A DNA stretch of 64,000 nt from a bacterium (GTDB lineage: Bacteria > Patescibacteriota > Minisyncoccia > Phycocordibacterales > Phycocordibacteraceae): positions 84,379-148,378 of the forward strand of contig JAJZRL010000001.1 in NCBI GenBank assembly GCA_021802705.1. The letters run 5' to 3'. The position numbers and the translations under genes were made by a program. The notes beneath the pieces are model-generated. The model was not told the DNA's origin, searched no databases, and was given only the letters and a program-made list of their open reading frames with translations. How positions within the stretch are numbered: the first letter of the stretch is position 1; the number at the start of each line of letters is the position of its first letter. Shown here one piece after another: positions 46,923 through 56,378 of the stretch.

Positions 46923-48278
46923 ATGAAAAAAGAAAAAATTACAGATCTAGAAGTAGACTACGTTCCCATTACTAATCTCAAGCCCTGCGAGTACAACCCA
47001 CGCAAGTGGAGCAGTGAATCACGCAAGGGATTAACAGAAAGCATCGACGAGTTCGGCTTCGTGCAGCCGCTCGTTGTTAATGCCGCCCCAAAGCGCAAAG
47101 GCGTTGTAATTGGCGGAAACTTCAAGCTTGACATCGCCAAGAAGAAAGGCATGGCAACCGTGCCGGTCGTGTGGGTCAACATCCCCGATCTCGAGCGCGA
47201 AAAATCCTTGAATCTCAGATTAAATAAGGCGCAGGGAGAATTTGACTTCGAACTACTGGCCACCTTCGATGAGAATTTCCTCAAAGACGTAGGATTCTCT
47301 TCCGAGGAGCTCGACAATATCTTCGAGGCCGACGAGACGCCCGAGCAATTCGATCTCGTCAAAGAACTCGCCAAGCTTGATATCACCAACGTCGAGATCA
47401 AAAAGGGCGACGTGTATGAATGGCCCGACGGCTCGCGATTGGCCTGCGGCGATAGTACGGTCGCTGAAGACATGAAGTCACTCATGGGCGACGCGAAAGC
47501 AGACATGTGCTTCACGGACCCACCTTACCGACTGGATTACTTGAAAGGCAAAAAGAAAAACGGCAAACCGGTTGAGGGTTTCGGTGCCAAGCGCGACCGC
47601 AAGTACCTTGAGACCGACGTGCTACCGGAGAATTTCACTGAGCTCTGGATGGGCACTGTTGCCGCAGCCGCTAAAGATGACTTCCACATCATCGTGTACG
47701 AGAACTGGAAGAACCTTCGCGAGATTTGGGGCGAGATGGAGAAGCACTGGAAGGTCAAAAACATGCTGGTGTGGCACCTCCCGAACCGTACGCAAGGCTT
47801 TTCCGCCAAGTACAAGTTTTTCTCCAAGCATGACATCGCGATGGTAGGTTCTTCTCCTAAAGCGCGCGGTATGAATCTCAAGTCGGAAGCAGAGTTGCTC
47901 CAAAACGAATATGAAACTGCGCTGTATGCCATCCAAGGCAAACCGCACTGGGAGGGATACAAGAAGGGTCGCAAGTACCAGCCGACCGATTTCATCGAGT
48001 ATGTTGCGTCCGATGCAAAATCATCCGGGCAGGGCGTAGTGTTTGGTACTAAGCCGATCGAGATACTGATCCCGTACGTGAAAGTCCTCACCAAGCGCGG
48101 CGACCTCATCCTTGAGCCCTTCGGGGGCAGCGGCTCGAGCGGCGCTGCTGCGATCACCATGAAGCGCCGCTGCTACACCATGGAGAAGGTGCCTACGTAT
48201 GCGGAGATCATCCGTCGCCGCTGGTCGAGGTTACTGGGACAGAAGCCGAAGAAAATACATGAAAGAAAATCAGCGTAA
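46923..48278 (+). CDS. ParB/Srx-like domain fused to beta-class N4/N6 DNA methyltransferase
   Basis: LKPCEYNPRK..SIDEFGFVQPLVVN (ParB-N); RLACGDS, FTDPPY (motif IV) preceding TKP..LEPFGGSGS (motif I). Confidence 0.92.
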   Translation: MKKEKITDLEVDYVPITNLKPCEYNPRKWSSESRKGLTESIDEFGFVQPLVVNAAPKRKGVVIGGNFKLDIAKKKGMATVPVVWVNIPDLEREKSLNLRLNKAQGEFDFELLATFDENFLKDVGFSSEELDNIFEADETPEQFDLVKELAKLDITNVEIKKGDVYEWPDGSRLACGDSTVAEDMKSLMGDAKADMCFTDPPYRLDYLKGKKKNGKPVEGFGAKRDRKYLETDVLPENFTELWMGTVAAAAKDDFHIIVYENWKNLREIWGEMEKHWKVKNMLVWHLPNRTQGFSAKYKFFSKHDIAMVGSSPKARGMNLKSEAELLQNEYETALYAIQGKPHWEGYKKGRKYQPTDFIEYVASDAKSSGQGVVFGTKPIEILIPYVKVLTKRGDLILEPFGGSGSSGAAAITMKRRCYTMEKVPTYAEIIRRRWSRLLGQKPKKIHERKSA

Positions 48279-48690
48279 AACGGTGGACGCGCGGATCGCC
48301 AAGGGCAAGCAGAAATTCTTAGAGATTCTCGAGAAAAATCCGGTGATCCATGTGGCCATCGAACGCTCCGGTATCAGCAAAGCCACCTTCTACCGCTGGC
48401 GCGATACCGATACGGAATTTGCTGAGAAAGTAGAAGCTGCCATGCGCGAGGGCAAAGGACTCGTCAGCGACATTGCCATAGCGCAGCTCGTCACCGCTAT
48501 CAAGGAGAAGAATCTCGGCGCGATTAAGTTCTGGCTCATCAATCACCACCCTGATTACGCCAACAAACTGCACGTCACGGCGGAAGTAGAAGAAAAGTTC
48601 GTATGGACGCCAGAGGACGAGGAGCGTGTGCGTAAATCGCTGGAGACCGTCGCATTAAAAGCTAAGCAAAAATTCTTCCATGGAATCTAA
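48259..48690 (+). CDS. HTH protein, terminase small subunit-like
   Basis: AIERSGISKATFYRW HTH, AIKFWL; overlaps both the MTase and terL genes. Confidence 0.75.
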   Translation: MKENQRKTVDARIAKGKQKFLEILEKNPVIHVAIERSGISKATFYRWRDTDTEFAEKVEAAMREGKGLVSDIAIAQLVTAIKEKNLGAIKFWLINHHPDYANKLHVTAEVEEKFVWTPEDEERVRKSLETVALKAKQKFFHGI

Positions 48691-50206
48691 CCCTGAAATA
48701 CAAGCGATCATCGACATGATGATCAAAGATCAACCGTTCCGCAGAGCGATGGTGACGAGAGAGCCACGTCTCTTCTTCGGCACCTACCTCAGCCACTACA
48801 TCACCTGCCCCCTCGCATACTTCCACTTCGAGATGTTTGAACTGCAAAAAGACTCGCGCAACAAGACTATCGTCATCATGGGGGCGCGCAACAGCGCCAA
48901 GTCGACCATCATGAATACGAATCTTGCACTGTGGTCAATCCTCGGGGAGCCCCAAAAGAAAATGGTCGTGATACTTGGCTCCACCCAGATCAACGCAAAG
49001 AAACACTACCTGGACTTGCGTTCCGAGCTCGAACAGAACGAGCTACTGCGCTCCGACCTCGGACCTTTCAAAGAAAAGGATTCTGCCTGGGGGCCGACCC
49101 TACACTTGCCGAAGTACGGCGCTGACATCACCTTTGCATCGACCGAACAGAGCATACGCGGTTTCAAAGTGGGACCTCACCGCCCTGACCTCTTCATTGC
49201 CGACGACCTCGAAGACGATGAGTCGGTAAAGACGCTGGAAGGACGCAACAAGCTCTACGACTGGTTGACGAGGGTGGTGTTGCCCGCTGGAGACGAAAAA
49301 ACAACGCGCCTCATCGTGCTCGGGACTCTGCTACACGAAGACTCGCTCATGATGCGGTTGAAAAAAGATATTCTGAGTGGTGACAGAGAGGGTTCGTACC
49401 GCGAGTACCCGCTTCTCGACGAGTTCGGTGGCGCGATGTGGAAAGGAAAATATCCTGACGCCGCGGCTATAGAGGCACTGCGTAAGTACGTCGGCAACGA
49501 AAAAGCATTCACCCAAGAGTACCTCTTGAAGGCCGTCTCAAATAACGAGCGCGTCATCTATCCGGAATGGATTCACCGCTATACGACCTTGCCGCCGATG
49601 AATACTGACAACCGCTATCGCGGCGCGTTCATTGGGATGGATTTAGCGATAGCGCAGAACCAGCAGGCCGACAATACTGCCATGGTGGTAGGTAGAGTGT
49701 ATGGCTGGGGTGACAACATGCGCATATATATCCTACCCAATCCCGTCAACGAGCAGATGGACTTTCCGACAGCTCGCGAACGAGCGAAAGCGCTGTCTTC
49801 ATCTCTTGATGTAGGGAGGAAAGCAATGATGTTCATCGAAGGCAACGGATATCAACGTGCACTCGCTCAAGACCTTCCCGGTTATCCGGCAACTGCAATC
49901 ATCGTCCACGGTGACAAACGCGCGCGCTTAGCGCTTGAAAGCCACCGAGTGAAAGATGGCATCGTGCTGTTTCCCGACAAGGGCTGTGAGACATTGATCG
50001 CGCAACTTACCGGCTTCGGCAGCGAGCGCCATGACGATTTGGCGGACGCGTTCGGGCTCCTGGTATCAGAGGTCGCAAAGTCGAACAGTGGATACCATCC
50101 GTTTTCACCATCGCTCAACAGGCTTCCAAGACCAGAAAAGGGAGAGGACGATCCGTTTGAGAACTTAAGACCTTTCACCAGAGGATTCTTAAAAATGAAA
50201 TTCTAA
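48680..50206 (+). CDS. phage terminase large subunit-like ATPase/nuclease
   Basis: GARNSAKST Walker A, IRG..RPDLFIADDLE Walker B, LGT.LHED, FTQEY, IGMDLA and HDDLADA nuclease motifs. Confidence 0.9.
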   Translation: MESNPEIQAIIDMMIKDQPFRRAMVTREPRLFFGTYLSHYITCPLAYFHFEMFELQKDSRNKTIVIMGARNSAKSTIMNTNLALWSILGEPQKKMVVILGSTQINAKKHYLDLRSELEQNELLRSDLGPFKEKDSAWGPTLHLPKYGADITFASTEQSIRGFKVGPHRPDLFIADDLEDDESVKTLEGRNKLYDWLTRVVLPAGDEKTTRLIVLGTLLHEDSLMMRLKKDILSGDREGSYREYPLLDEFGGAMWKGKYPDAAAIEALRKYVGNEKAFTQEYLLKAVSNNERVIYPEWIHRYTTLPPMNTDNRYRGAFIGMDLAIAQNQQADNTAMVVGRVYGWGDNMRIYILPNPVNEQMDFPTARERAKALSSSLDVGRKAMMFIEGNGYQRALAQDLPGYPATAIIVHGDKRARLALESHRVKDGIVLFPDKGCETLIAQLTGFGSERHDDLADAFGLLVSEVAKSNSGYHPFSPSLNRLPRPEKGEDDPFENLRPFTRGFLKMKF

Positions 50207-50415
50207 CGACGCTTCTTGCGAGGTTTGGCGAATAGACTAAGTTGATCGGGAACGAGAGGCGGCTTCTGCCGCCTCTCGACGTTCCATAGTAGCTGCAAGA
50301 GCTTTATGAGGTAGTGCCAAATCGCGTAGGCCTCTCCGAGAGAAATATTACGGCCGGTCGATTCCTTAATGATTCGCCGAAGCTCGATAGCACTCTGTTT
50401 GGAGAGAATGGCCAT
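50203..50415 (-). CDS. small hypothetical protein
   Basis: 70-aa ORF (LSKQSAIELRRIIKESTGRNISLGEA), convergent with terL. Confidence 0.6.
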   Translation of the reverse strand: MAILSKQSAIELRRIIKESTGRNISLGEAYAIWHYLIKLLQLLWNVERRQKPPLVPDQLSLFAKPRKKRR

Positions 50416-50466
50416 GAGGCCATTCCAGCTTAGATCTGGAGGTTTGCGAAGCGAGTTGTCTACTGG

Positions 50467-51060
50467 CTATTTGGCGAGTGCTTGAATATCAGCACGAGCC
50501 TTTGCAAAGTCGTCGGATACCTTCTGTTCGTCAGCACGTAGCTTGGTAGTGGAGATTTCTTTTATCTGCCAACTAACTGCATCGCCAGCCCAGAGGCAGA
50601 TATCACTTGCTGCATCATTAATGTCCGCATTCCAGTTGCCGAGGGCATCGGGCGAGGTGTCAGGGTATAAACTATCAGCTTGTTGGTAAGCGCTGATTGC
50701 GTTAGCTCCCGGATCATTCTTGAGGCACGTATTTGTGCGAAACGAACCAAACTGGCTTGCAGCTGAATTTGGATCGTTGAACGCCTTGAGGCCTGCGTTT
50801 GCATCTGCATACTGCATTGTGCCAAGAGCAGTCTTCCCGGCACCTAATAGCGATACGTAGTGATCAATACTTGCTGAAAGAATCGCGACAATCTTTTGCG
50901 TATCTGGAGCAGATGATGTTGCCACTGCTACAGGATTTTGTGTTGGTGCACTTTCCTGTGCCTGCTTAGTAGGCTGTGGCGTGTTGAGACCAATGATAAG
51001 CAGTAAAACAAAACCGAGAACAACTACCCCGATAATGGAGTAGAGAACTTTTTTGAACAT
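50467..51060 (-). CDS. hypothetical membrane-anchored helical protein
   Basis: N-terminal TM, P/T/Q linker, helical domain with two Cys. Confidence 0.75.
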   Translation of the reverse strand: MFKKVLYSIIGVVVLGFVLLLIIGLNTPQPTKQAQESAPTQNPVAVATSSAPDTQKIVAILSASIDHYVSLLGAGKTALGTMQYADANAGLKAFNDPNSAASQFGSFRTNTCLKNDPGANAISAYQQADSLYPDTSPDALGNWNADINDAASDICLWAGDAVSWQIKEISTTKLRADEQKVSDDFAKARADIQALAK

Positions 51061-51100
51061 AAAATCTACTAGGATTTATGTGGCAGAACCTCCTGAGAAA

Positions 51101-51202
51101 ATCAAAAGGCTCCCAGCCATCGCGATAGCGCCTTTCGGCAACTACCCATACCCGTTTCCAGATATGACCTAGTAGAGTGACTCTGACTGGGAGTCCTTTG
51201 AT
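51101..51202 (-). ncRNA. putative structured RNA, C4/CI-antisense-like architecture
   Basis: ~19-bp closing stem, two GAAA-tetraloop hairpins, unpaired segment complementary to flanking sites. Confidence 0.55.
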
Positions 51203-51379
51203 CTCTACTAGGTTTTGCGGCCATACCTTAGGAATTTGACTTCCTAAGGGTTAGGTCGGCTTATATTAGGTTGTGCAAGTACATGATAGCAGAAAACGCT
51301 ATCATCTGACCACCTTAGCTTAGCTTTGGGGGCTTGCGAAGCGGTTACCAACAGGTTGGGCAAATACAATTACTATCAT

Positions 51380-52783
51380 TTATACACAGCAGCTGAGCTT
51401 AGAAATATCTTTAGTAAACGAAAGTGCGGCGATCTTAATAGCTTCCGACAGCGACGGGAATATAGGGAGCGAGCTGGTGACATCGTCAATTGTATTTTTA
51501 TTTCGTATCAATATCGCGGCCTGAGCGATCAGTTCGACAGCATTCGGCGCGAGAATGTGCACGCCCATGATCTGTTTGGTTTTCGGATGAATGGCCATTT
51601 TGATGAGTCCGTCAGTCTGGCGCAGGATGATTGCTTTTGGCACATCAGCTAATGAGACGGTGCGACACGCGCAGACGCCCATCGCTTTCATCTGCCCCTC
51701 TTCGGTATAGCCAACGCTTGCGAGCTGTGGATCAGTGAAGATCGCGTACGGCACAGTGTTGTAATCGATAGAAAGCTGCGTGCCTTTGAGAGCATTTTCC
51801 GCTGCGAGCGTGCCTTCGTGTCCGGCAGTCGGCTCTAACCGCAGTGGTGCGCTCGTGATATCTCCCACCGCAAAGATATGGGACTGCGATGTGGCAAAAA
51901 ATTGATCAACAACGATTGCTTTCTTGCCATCTATCTCCACCCCCACTTTCTCAAGCCCTAATCCTTGTGTGTTTGGCGTTTTGCCAGTCGCCAGCAGTAT
52001 TTCATCGCCTGAGACTTCTTCCTGTTTGCCGCCTGAAGTGTACGTGACGTATTTCTTGTCTGCGTCTTTTCGAGCAGCGAGAACATCTACATCGGTCTTA
52101 ATGATAATTCCTTGCTTCTCGAGAATCTGGCGCAGGCGGTCGGTCAGTTCTTTCTCCGCAGGTGGAAAGATAGACGAGCCGCGCTGGAGTATTGTCACCT
52201 TCGTGCCAAATCGGGAAAATAGCTGCGCGAATTCAAGACCAAGAGGTCCTGCGCCCACAACAATCAACTCTTTCGGTTGGCGTTCCAACTTCAGCGCCTC
52301 TATGTGGGTGATAAACCCGACTTCGCGGATATTTTCAATGGGAGGGACAGTCGTGGTTGAACCTGCCGCGATAATAAATTTCTTCGCGGTGAGTCGCTTT
52401 CCGTTAACCTCTACCTCATTGGAGGATACAAACGCCGCCTTGCCGTCGATGAGAGACACATGCTCAAGACCTGTGAGAACCTTCTCGTACTTCTCATTGC
52501 GGAGCCTCTCAACGAGAGCGAGCTCGTCTTGCACGACTTTCGTAAAATTGAAGTTTTTTACTTCCAACTCAATACCGGGGATGCCGTGATGCTTTGAATA
52601 ATGCAAGATTTCACCCGCATGGATGAGCGTCTTTGAAGGAACACACCCGACGTTTACGCAGGTACCACCAAGAGGAAGTCCGCTATTTATCATCGCAGTC
52701 TTCGCACCTAGCTCGTCGGCACGAATCGCCGCCGCAAACGCTCCTGCACCACCACCAATAACAATTAGATCGTATGTTTCCAT
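51380..52783 (-). CDS. merA: mercuric reductase (no NmerA domain)
   Basis: IGGGAGA, GGTCVNVGCVPSK, FTDPQLASVG, C-terminal KLSCCV vicinal Cys pair. Confidence 0.93.
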   Translation of the reverse strand: METYDLIVIGGGAGAFAAAIRADELGAKTAMINSGLPLGGTCVNVGCVPSKTLIHAGEILHYSKHHGIPGIELEVKNFNFTKVVQDELALVERLRNEKYEKVLTGLEHVSLIDGKAAFVSSNEVEVNGKRLTAKKFIIAAGSTTTVPPIENIREVGFITHIEALKLERQPKELIVVGAGPLGLEFAQLFSRFGTKVTILQRGSSIFPPAEKELTDRLRQILEKQGIIIKTDVDVLAARKDADKKYVTYTSGGKQEEVSGDEILLATGKTPNTQGLGLEKVGVEIDGKKAIVVDQFFATSQSHIFAVGDITSAPLRLEPTAGHEGTLAAENALKGTQLSIDYNTVPYAIFTDPQLASVGYTEEGQMKAMGVCACRTVSLADVPKAIILRQTDGLIKMAIHPKTKQIMGVHILAPNAVELIAQAAILIRNKNTIDDVTSSLPIFPSLSEAIKIAALSFTKDISKLSCCV

Positions 52784-52788
52784 GTAGG

Positions 52789-53193
52789 TTATTTTATATC
52801 TTCAGACTTCACTGCACAGTCTTCGCAGTATTTTTGATAGCGCCGTCTAATCAGGTAGTCGGCTCCGACTGCAATTATCAGCAGTGCTGCGCCTGCATAG
52901 CCGATATTCTGGCTATGTGCTACGTAGCTGCCGTAGTAGAGAACGATCCCCGCGAGCACGGCAAGCACAAGTGCAACGGGGTTCTTATGCGCTCTGAATG
53001 AGAGAACAAATCCAATGAGGCTAATGACAACGAGCACGAGTAAGAAAGGGGTGAGCCATGTGCCCAAGAACACCAAGATGGAGCTCAAGCCGACCGTGAT
53101 GAGTAGTGGTGCGAGGATGCACGGCAGACAGACTAGCGCGAGAAATCCCGCTAAGAGACCAGTGGATTGTAATTTATTTGCATGCTTGTTCAT
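52789..53193 (-). CDS. MerC/MerT-like mercury transporter
   Basis: 4 TM helices, CLPC in TM1, C-terminal CEDC; adjacent to merA. Confidence 0.75.
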   Translation of the reverse strand: MNKHANKLQSTGLLAGFLALVCLPCILAPLLITVGLSSILVFLGTWLTPFLLVLVVISLIGFVLSFRAHKNPVALVLAVLAGIVLYYGSYVAHSQNIGYAGAALLIIAVGADYLIRRRYQKYCEDCAVKSEDIK

Positions 53194-53726
53194 ATGATTT
53201 CATCCAGTTCGTCCTTGTATTGCTGGTAATTGAGTGCTCCTTGATTGATGTCCGCGATGTTTCCGTTTTTATCTATGATATACGTGATTTCCGGAGCTGT
53301 GAGATTGTATGCTTGCACCACCGATTGATCGTAGCTCACGAGCGGAAAATCGGCTTTGATATAGTCGCGATACTGCTGCAACGTGCTTACCGGCTCGCCG
53401 TTGAGTATGTCAATCGCCACGACGCTAACACCTTTTGCCGCATAGTCCTTTTGGATCTGATTGAGCGCCTGACCGACTGGTATGCACTCGCCACATCCAC
53501 CGAACATTGCGAACAAAATGATAGGTTTGCCTTTATGATTGGCGAGGGAGAATTGTTTACCGTCTATGGTTTGGACACTAAAATCCGGTGCTTGTTCACC
53601 AACGGCGAGAAAAGTTGTTGAGGCGGAACCACCAGCCGAAGTCTTCGGTGTTTGCGAGATTACATAGATCCCAAATGCGATAACGACAGCGGCTCCTATG
53701 ATGATGTATGGTGTCGATGCTTTCAT
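53190..53726 (-). CDS. membrane-anchored TlpA/redoxin family protein
   Basis: TM, VGEQAPDFSV..DGK..SL, CGEC, PEITYIIDKNG. Confidence 0.88.
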   Translation of the reverse strand: MKASTPYIIIGAAVVIAFGIYVISQTPKTSAGGSASTTFLAVGEQAPDFSVQTIDGKQFSLANHKGKPIILFAMFGGCGECIPVGQALNQIQKDYAAKGVSVVAIDILNGEPVSTLQQYRDYIKADFPLVSYDQSVVQAYNLTAPEITYIIDKNGNIADINQGALNYQQYKDELDEII

Positions 53727-54034
53727 AACGCGAATAGTCCTCCCAACTCTTTACTGAACCCCTTTTTATTAAGTGAGTAGAAAACAGTTTGTGCTTCCTT
53801 TCTCGTTTTGACCAAATTAACTGCGCGGAGCTTGCTGAGACTGTGGGACACGTTTGATATCGTTGTTCCCACCAACTCGGCAATATCGGACACGCTTAAC
53901 TCCGAATGGTGGCGGAGAAGATAGCAGATCTTGAGCTTCGTGATATCGCCCATAACGCCGCACTGTCGAGCACATAGTTCAATGGCCTCATTGTCCCGCA
54001 GCTCCTTCTTTATTTGTTGCTTACTTGAACGCAT
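53723..54034 (-). CDS. ArsR/SmtB family metalloregulator
   Basis: GD.TKLKI..LL, ELSVSDIAE, SNVSHSLSKLR..NLV..RKE...VFYSL; Cys in the N-terminal helices. Confidence 0.92.
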   Translation of the reverse strand: MRSSKQQIKKELRDNEAIELCARQCGVMGDITKLKICYLLRHHSELSVSDIAELVGTTISNVSHSLSKLRAVNLVKTRKEAQTVFYSLNKKGFSKELGGLFAL

Positions 54035-54069
54035 ATTCAAATATTACTCTTGGTGAGTGGTTATTGCAA
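54022..54069 (-). promoter_or_regulatory. sigma70 promoter + ArsR/SmtB-type operator over the arsR start
   Basis: Minus strand TTGCAA-17nt-TAATAT-6nt-ATG; imperfect palindrome tatTTGAA-tatgcg-TTCAAgta spanning the ATG. Confidence 0.75.
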
Positions 54070-54128
54070 ATGAAATTATCAACACCAAGAGGTTGGGATA
54101 AGTGCCAAGGGATCTCGACGAATGACCC

Positions 54129-56351
54129 TTACCTTCTCTTCAAGAGTAAAGAGTTAGTGACCACGGAAATTGAACTAGTCGCCATCGCAACCGACGCGAA
54201 GATCGGATTTAACAGAATATGGAAGAATGGATACAAAGCGCCCATCGCAACAGGAATTAGGATGATGTTATAACCGAATGCCCAGACTAGGTTCATTTTG
54301 ATCGTGCGCATTGTTTTCTTGGAAAGTGCGATAGCTGTGGCAACGGATTTCAAGTCCTTATTTATAAGCGTGATGTCAGCTGCCTCGATAGCTACGTCGG
54401 TACCGGTTCCCATGGCAATGCCGACGTCTGAAGCGGCGAGTGCGGGCGCGTCGTTGATACCATCACCGACCATCGCAACTTTTTTACCTTCCGCCTGAAT
54501 TTTACGCACCTCTGCTTCCTTTTGATCTGGTAAGACTTCAGCAAACACGCGGCTGATGCCTAACTGCTTGGCAATGGCATTTGCAGTTCGTTCGTTGTCT
54601 CCAGTGATCATAGCCACTTCGATACCGAGCTTTTGTAGTTCGGCAAGGCCTGCTTTCGCACTTTCTTTGATGGTATCTGCAACGGCGATAAGTCCGATGA
54701 GTTGTTTTGAAGTGCCGAGCATCATCACCGTCTTGCCCTCGCTTTCCATTGTTGCAATCTGATTCCCGACTGCCTTAATGTCTACACCTTCACGATCCAT
54801 CAGACGTCTGTTACCAAAGATTATTTTCTGCCCGTCGACAACACCCTCGACACCATGCCCAACTATAGCTTGAAACTTCTCAATCCTTGATAGGCTGAGA
54901 TTCTTTACTTCAGAAGCCTTCACGATTGCTTCGGCGAGTGAATGTTCTGAGCCCTTTTCTATCGAGGCCGCGATTTTGAGTACCTCATCCTTTGAGTAAC
55001 TGCCGAAAGGAATAATGTCTGTGACCTCGGGTTTTCCATTCGTGAGCGTGCCTGTCTTATCAAAGATAATCGTGTTGATTTTGTGTGCTGTTTCCAAACT
55101 TTCTGCGTCCTTGATAAGTATGCCGTGCTCCGCTCCTTTCCCTGTGCCAACCATTATTGCGGTCGGTGTCGCAAGTCCCATTGCGCAGGGGCACGCAATT
55201 ATGAGAACGGCGACGGTATTCAAGAGTGCAAACGTGAGTACCGGAGTTGGGCCGAAAACATACCAAACAACGAACGTGCCTACGGCAAGCATTATCACTA
55301 TCGGTACAAAATATGACGACACTAAGTCTGCTAATCGTTGTATCGGTGCTTTGCTGCCTTGCGCCTCCTGCACGAGCTTGATGATTTGTGCGAGCATTGT
55401 TTCTTGTCCTACCTTTGTCGCCTTGAAAGTAAACGAACCGGTTTTGTTCATCGTCGCGCCAACAACGGTATCTCCCTTTGTTTTATCGGCAGGGATGCTT
55501 TCGCCAGTAACCATTGATTCGTCAATTGAAGATTCACCTTCGACAATAACTCCGTCTACTGGAATTTTCTCACCTGGTCGTACTCTGATGACGTCGCCTA
55601 TCACGACCTCGCTGATTGATATATCTGTCTCTTTGCCGCCGCGAATGACGCATGCGGTTTTCGCTTGCATCCCGATGAGTTTCTTAATAGCTTCCGATGT
55701 ACCCGCCTTTGCTCTCGCCTCAAAATAACGACCTAAAAGAATGAGACCAATGATGATCGCTGATGTATCGAAGTATGGCATCGGACTGATGCCGATACTC
55801 GCTACCAATTGTGGAAACAAGGTCACGAATGTCGAATATCCGTATGCAACTGACGTACCCAAGGCAACAAGCGTGTCCATATTTGCAGTGCGGTGCCGAA
55901 GTGCAGAAATAGCCGCGCGGTAAAATCCATATCCTGCCCAGAACTGTACCGGAGTCGCGAGCAACAACTGCAACCAGAAATTTTGCAAGCTCGTTGGAGC
56001 CGTTTGCATGAGCACCGGAAAACTGCCCCATAGAATCAGGCCACCCAAAACAAGACTGAGAATGACTTTAATTTTTAAGTCTTTAAGTTCCTTTTGTTTT
56101 TCAGCTTGCTCGTCTGCTTCATGTATCATTTCGTCACTGATCGAGGCTTCGTAACCGACATTAGAAACTGCCGATGAGAGGTGCTGATGGGTGACTTTCT
56201 GAGGGTCGTAAGTAACGGTAGCTTTTTCAGTAGCCAGGTTTACGGTAGCTTGTGCAACTCCATCAACTTTTTTAAGCGACCGCTCCAAAATTGTCACACA
56301 TGAGGCGCAGTGCATTCCCTTGATTGAGAAACTCTTTTTGATTTGCGGCAT
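54129..56351 (-). CDS. copA: Cu(I)-translocating P1B-1 ATPase
   Basis: GMHCASC HMA, TGES, ACPC, DKTGT, SEH, GDGIND, YN, MATSS. Confidence 0.96.
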   Translation of the reverse strand: MPQIKKSFSIKGMHCASCVTILERSLKKVDGVAQATVNLATEKATVTYDPQKVTHQHLSSAVSNVGYEASISDEMIHEADEQAEKQKELKDLKIKVILSLVLGGLILWGSFPVLMQTAPTSLQNFWLQLLLATPVQFWAGYGFYRAAISALRHRTANMDTLVALGTSVAYGYSTFVTLFPQLVASIGISPMPYFDTSAIIIGLILLGRYFEARAKAGTSEAIKKLIGMQAKTACVIRGGKETDISISEVVIGDVIRVRPGEKIPVDGVIVEGESSIDESMVTGESIPADKTKGDTVVGATMNKTGSFTFKATKVGQETMLAQIIKLVQEAQGSKAPIQRLADLVSSYFVPIVIMLAVGTFVVWYVFGPTPVLTFALLNTVAVLIIACPCAMGLATPTAIMVGTGKGAEHGILIKDAESLETAHKINTIIFDKTGTLTNGKPEVTDIIPFGSYSKDEVLKIAASIEKGSEHSLAEAIVKASEVKNLSLSRIEKFQAIVGHGVEGVVDGQKIIFGNRRLMDREGVDIKAVGNQIATMESEGKTVMMLGTSKQLIGLIAVADTIKESAKAGLAELQKLGIEVAMITGDNERTANAIAKQLGISRVFAEVLPDQKEAEVRKIQAEGKKVAMVGDGINDAPALAASDVGIAMGTGTDVAIEAADITLINKDLKSVATAIALSKKTMRTIKMNLVWAFGYNIILIPVAMGALYPFFHILLNPIFASVAMATSSISVVTNSLLLKRR

Positions 56352-56378
56352 AATTTTTTCTTAAAATTATCTATTTGC

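Noticed and set aside
46923-50206. Complete prophage
   Set aside because: No integrase, portal, capsid, tail or lysis genes in the window.
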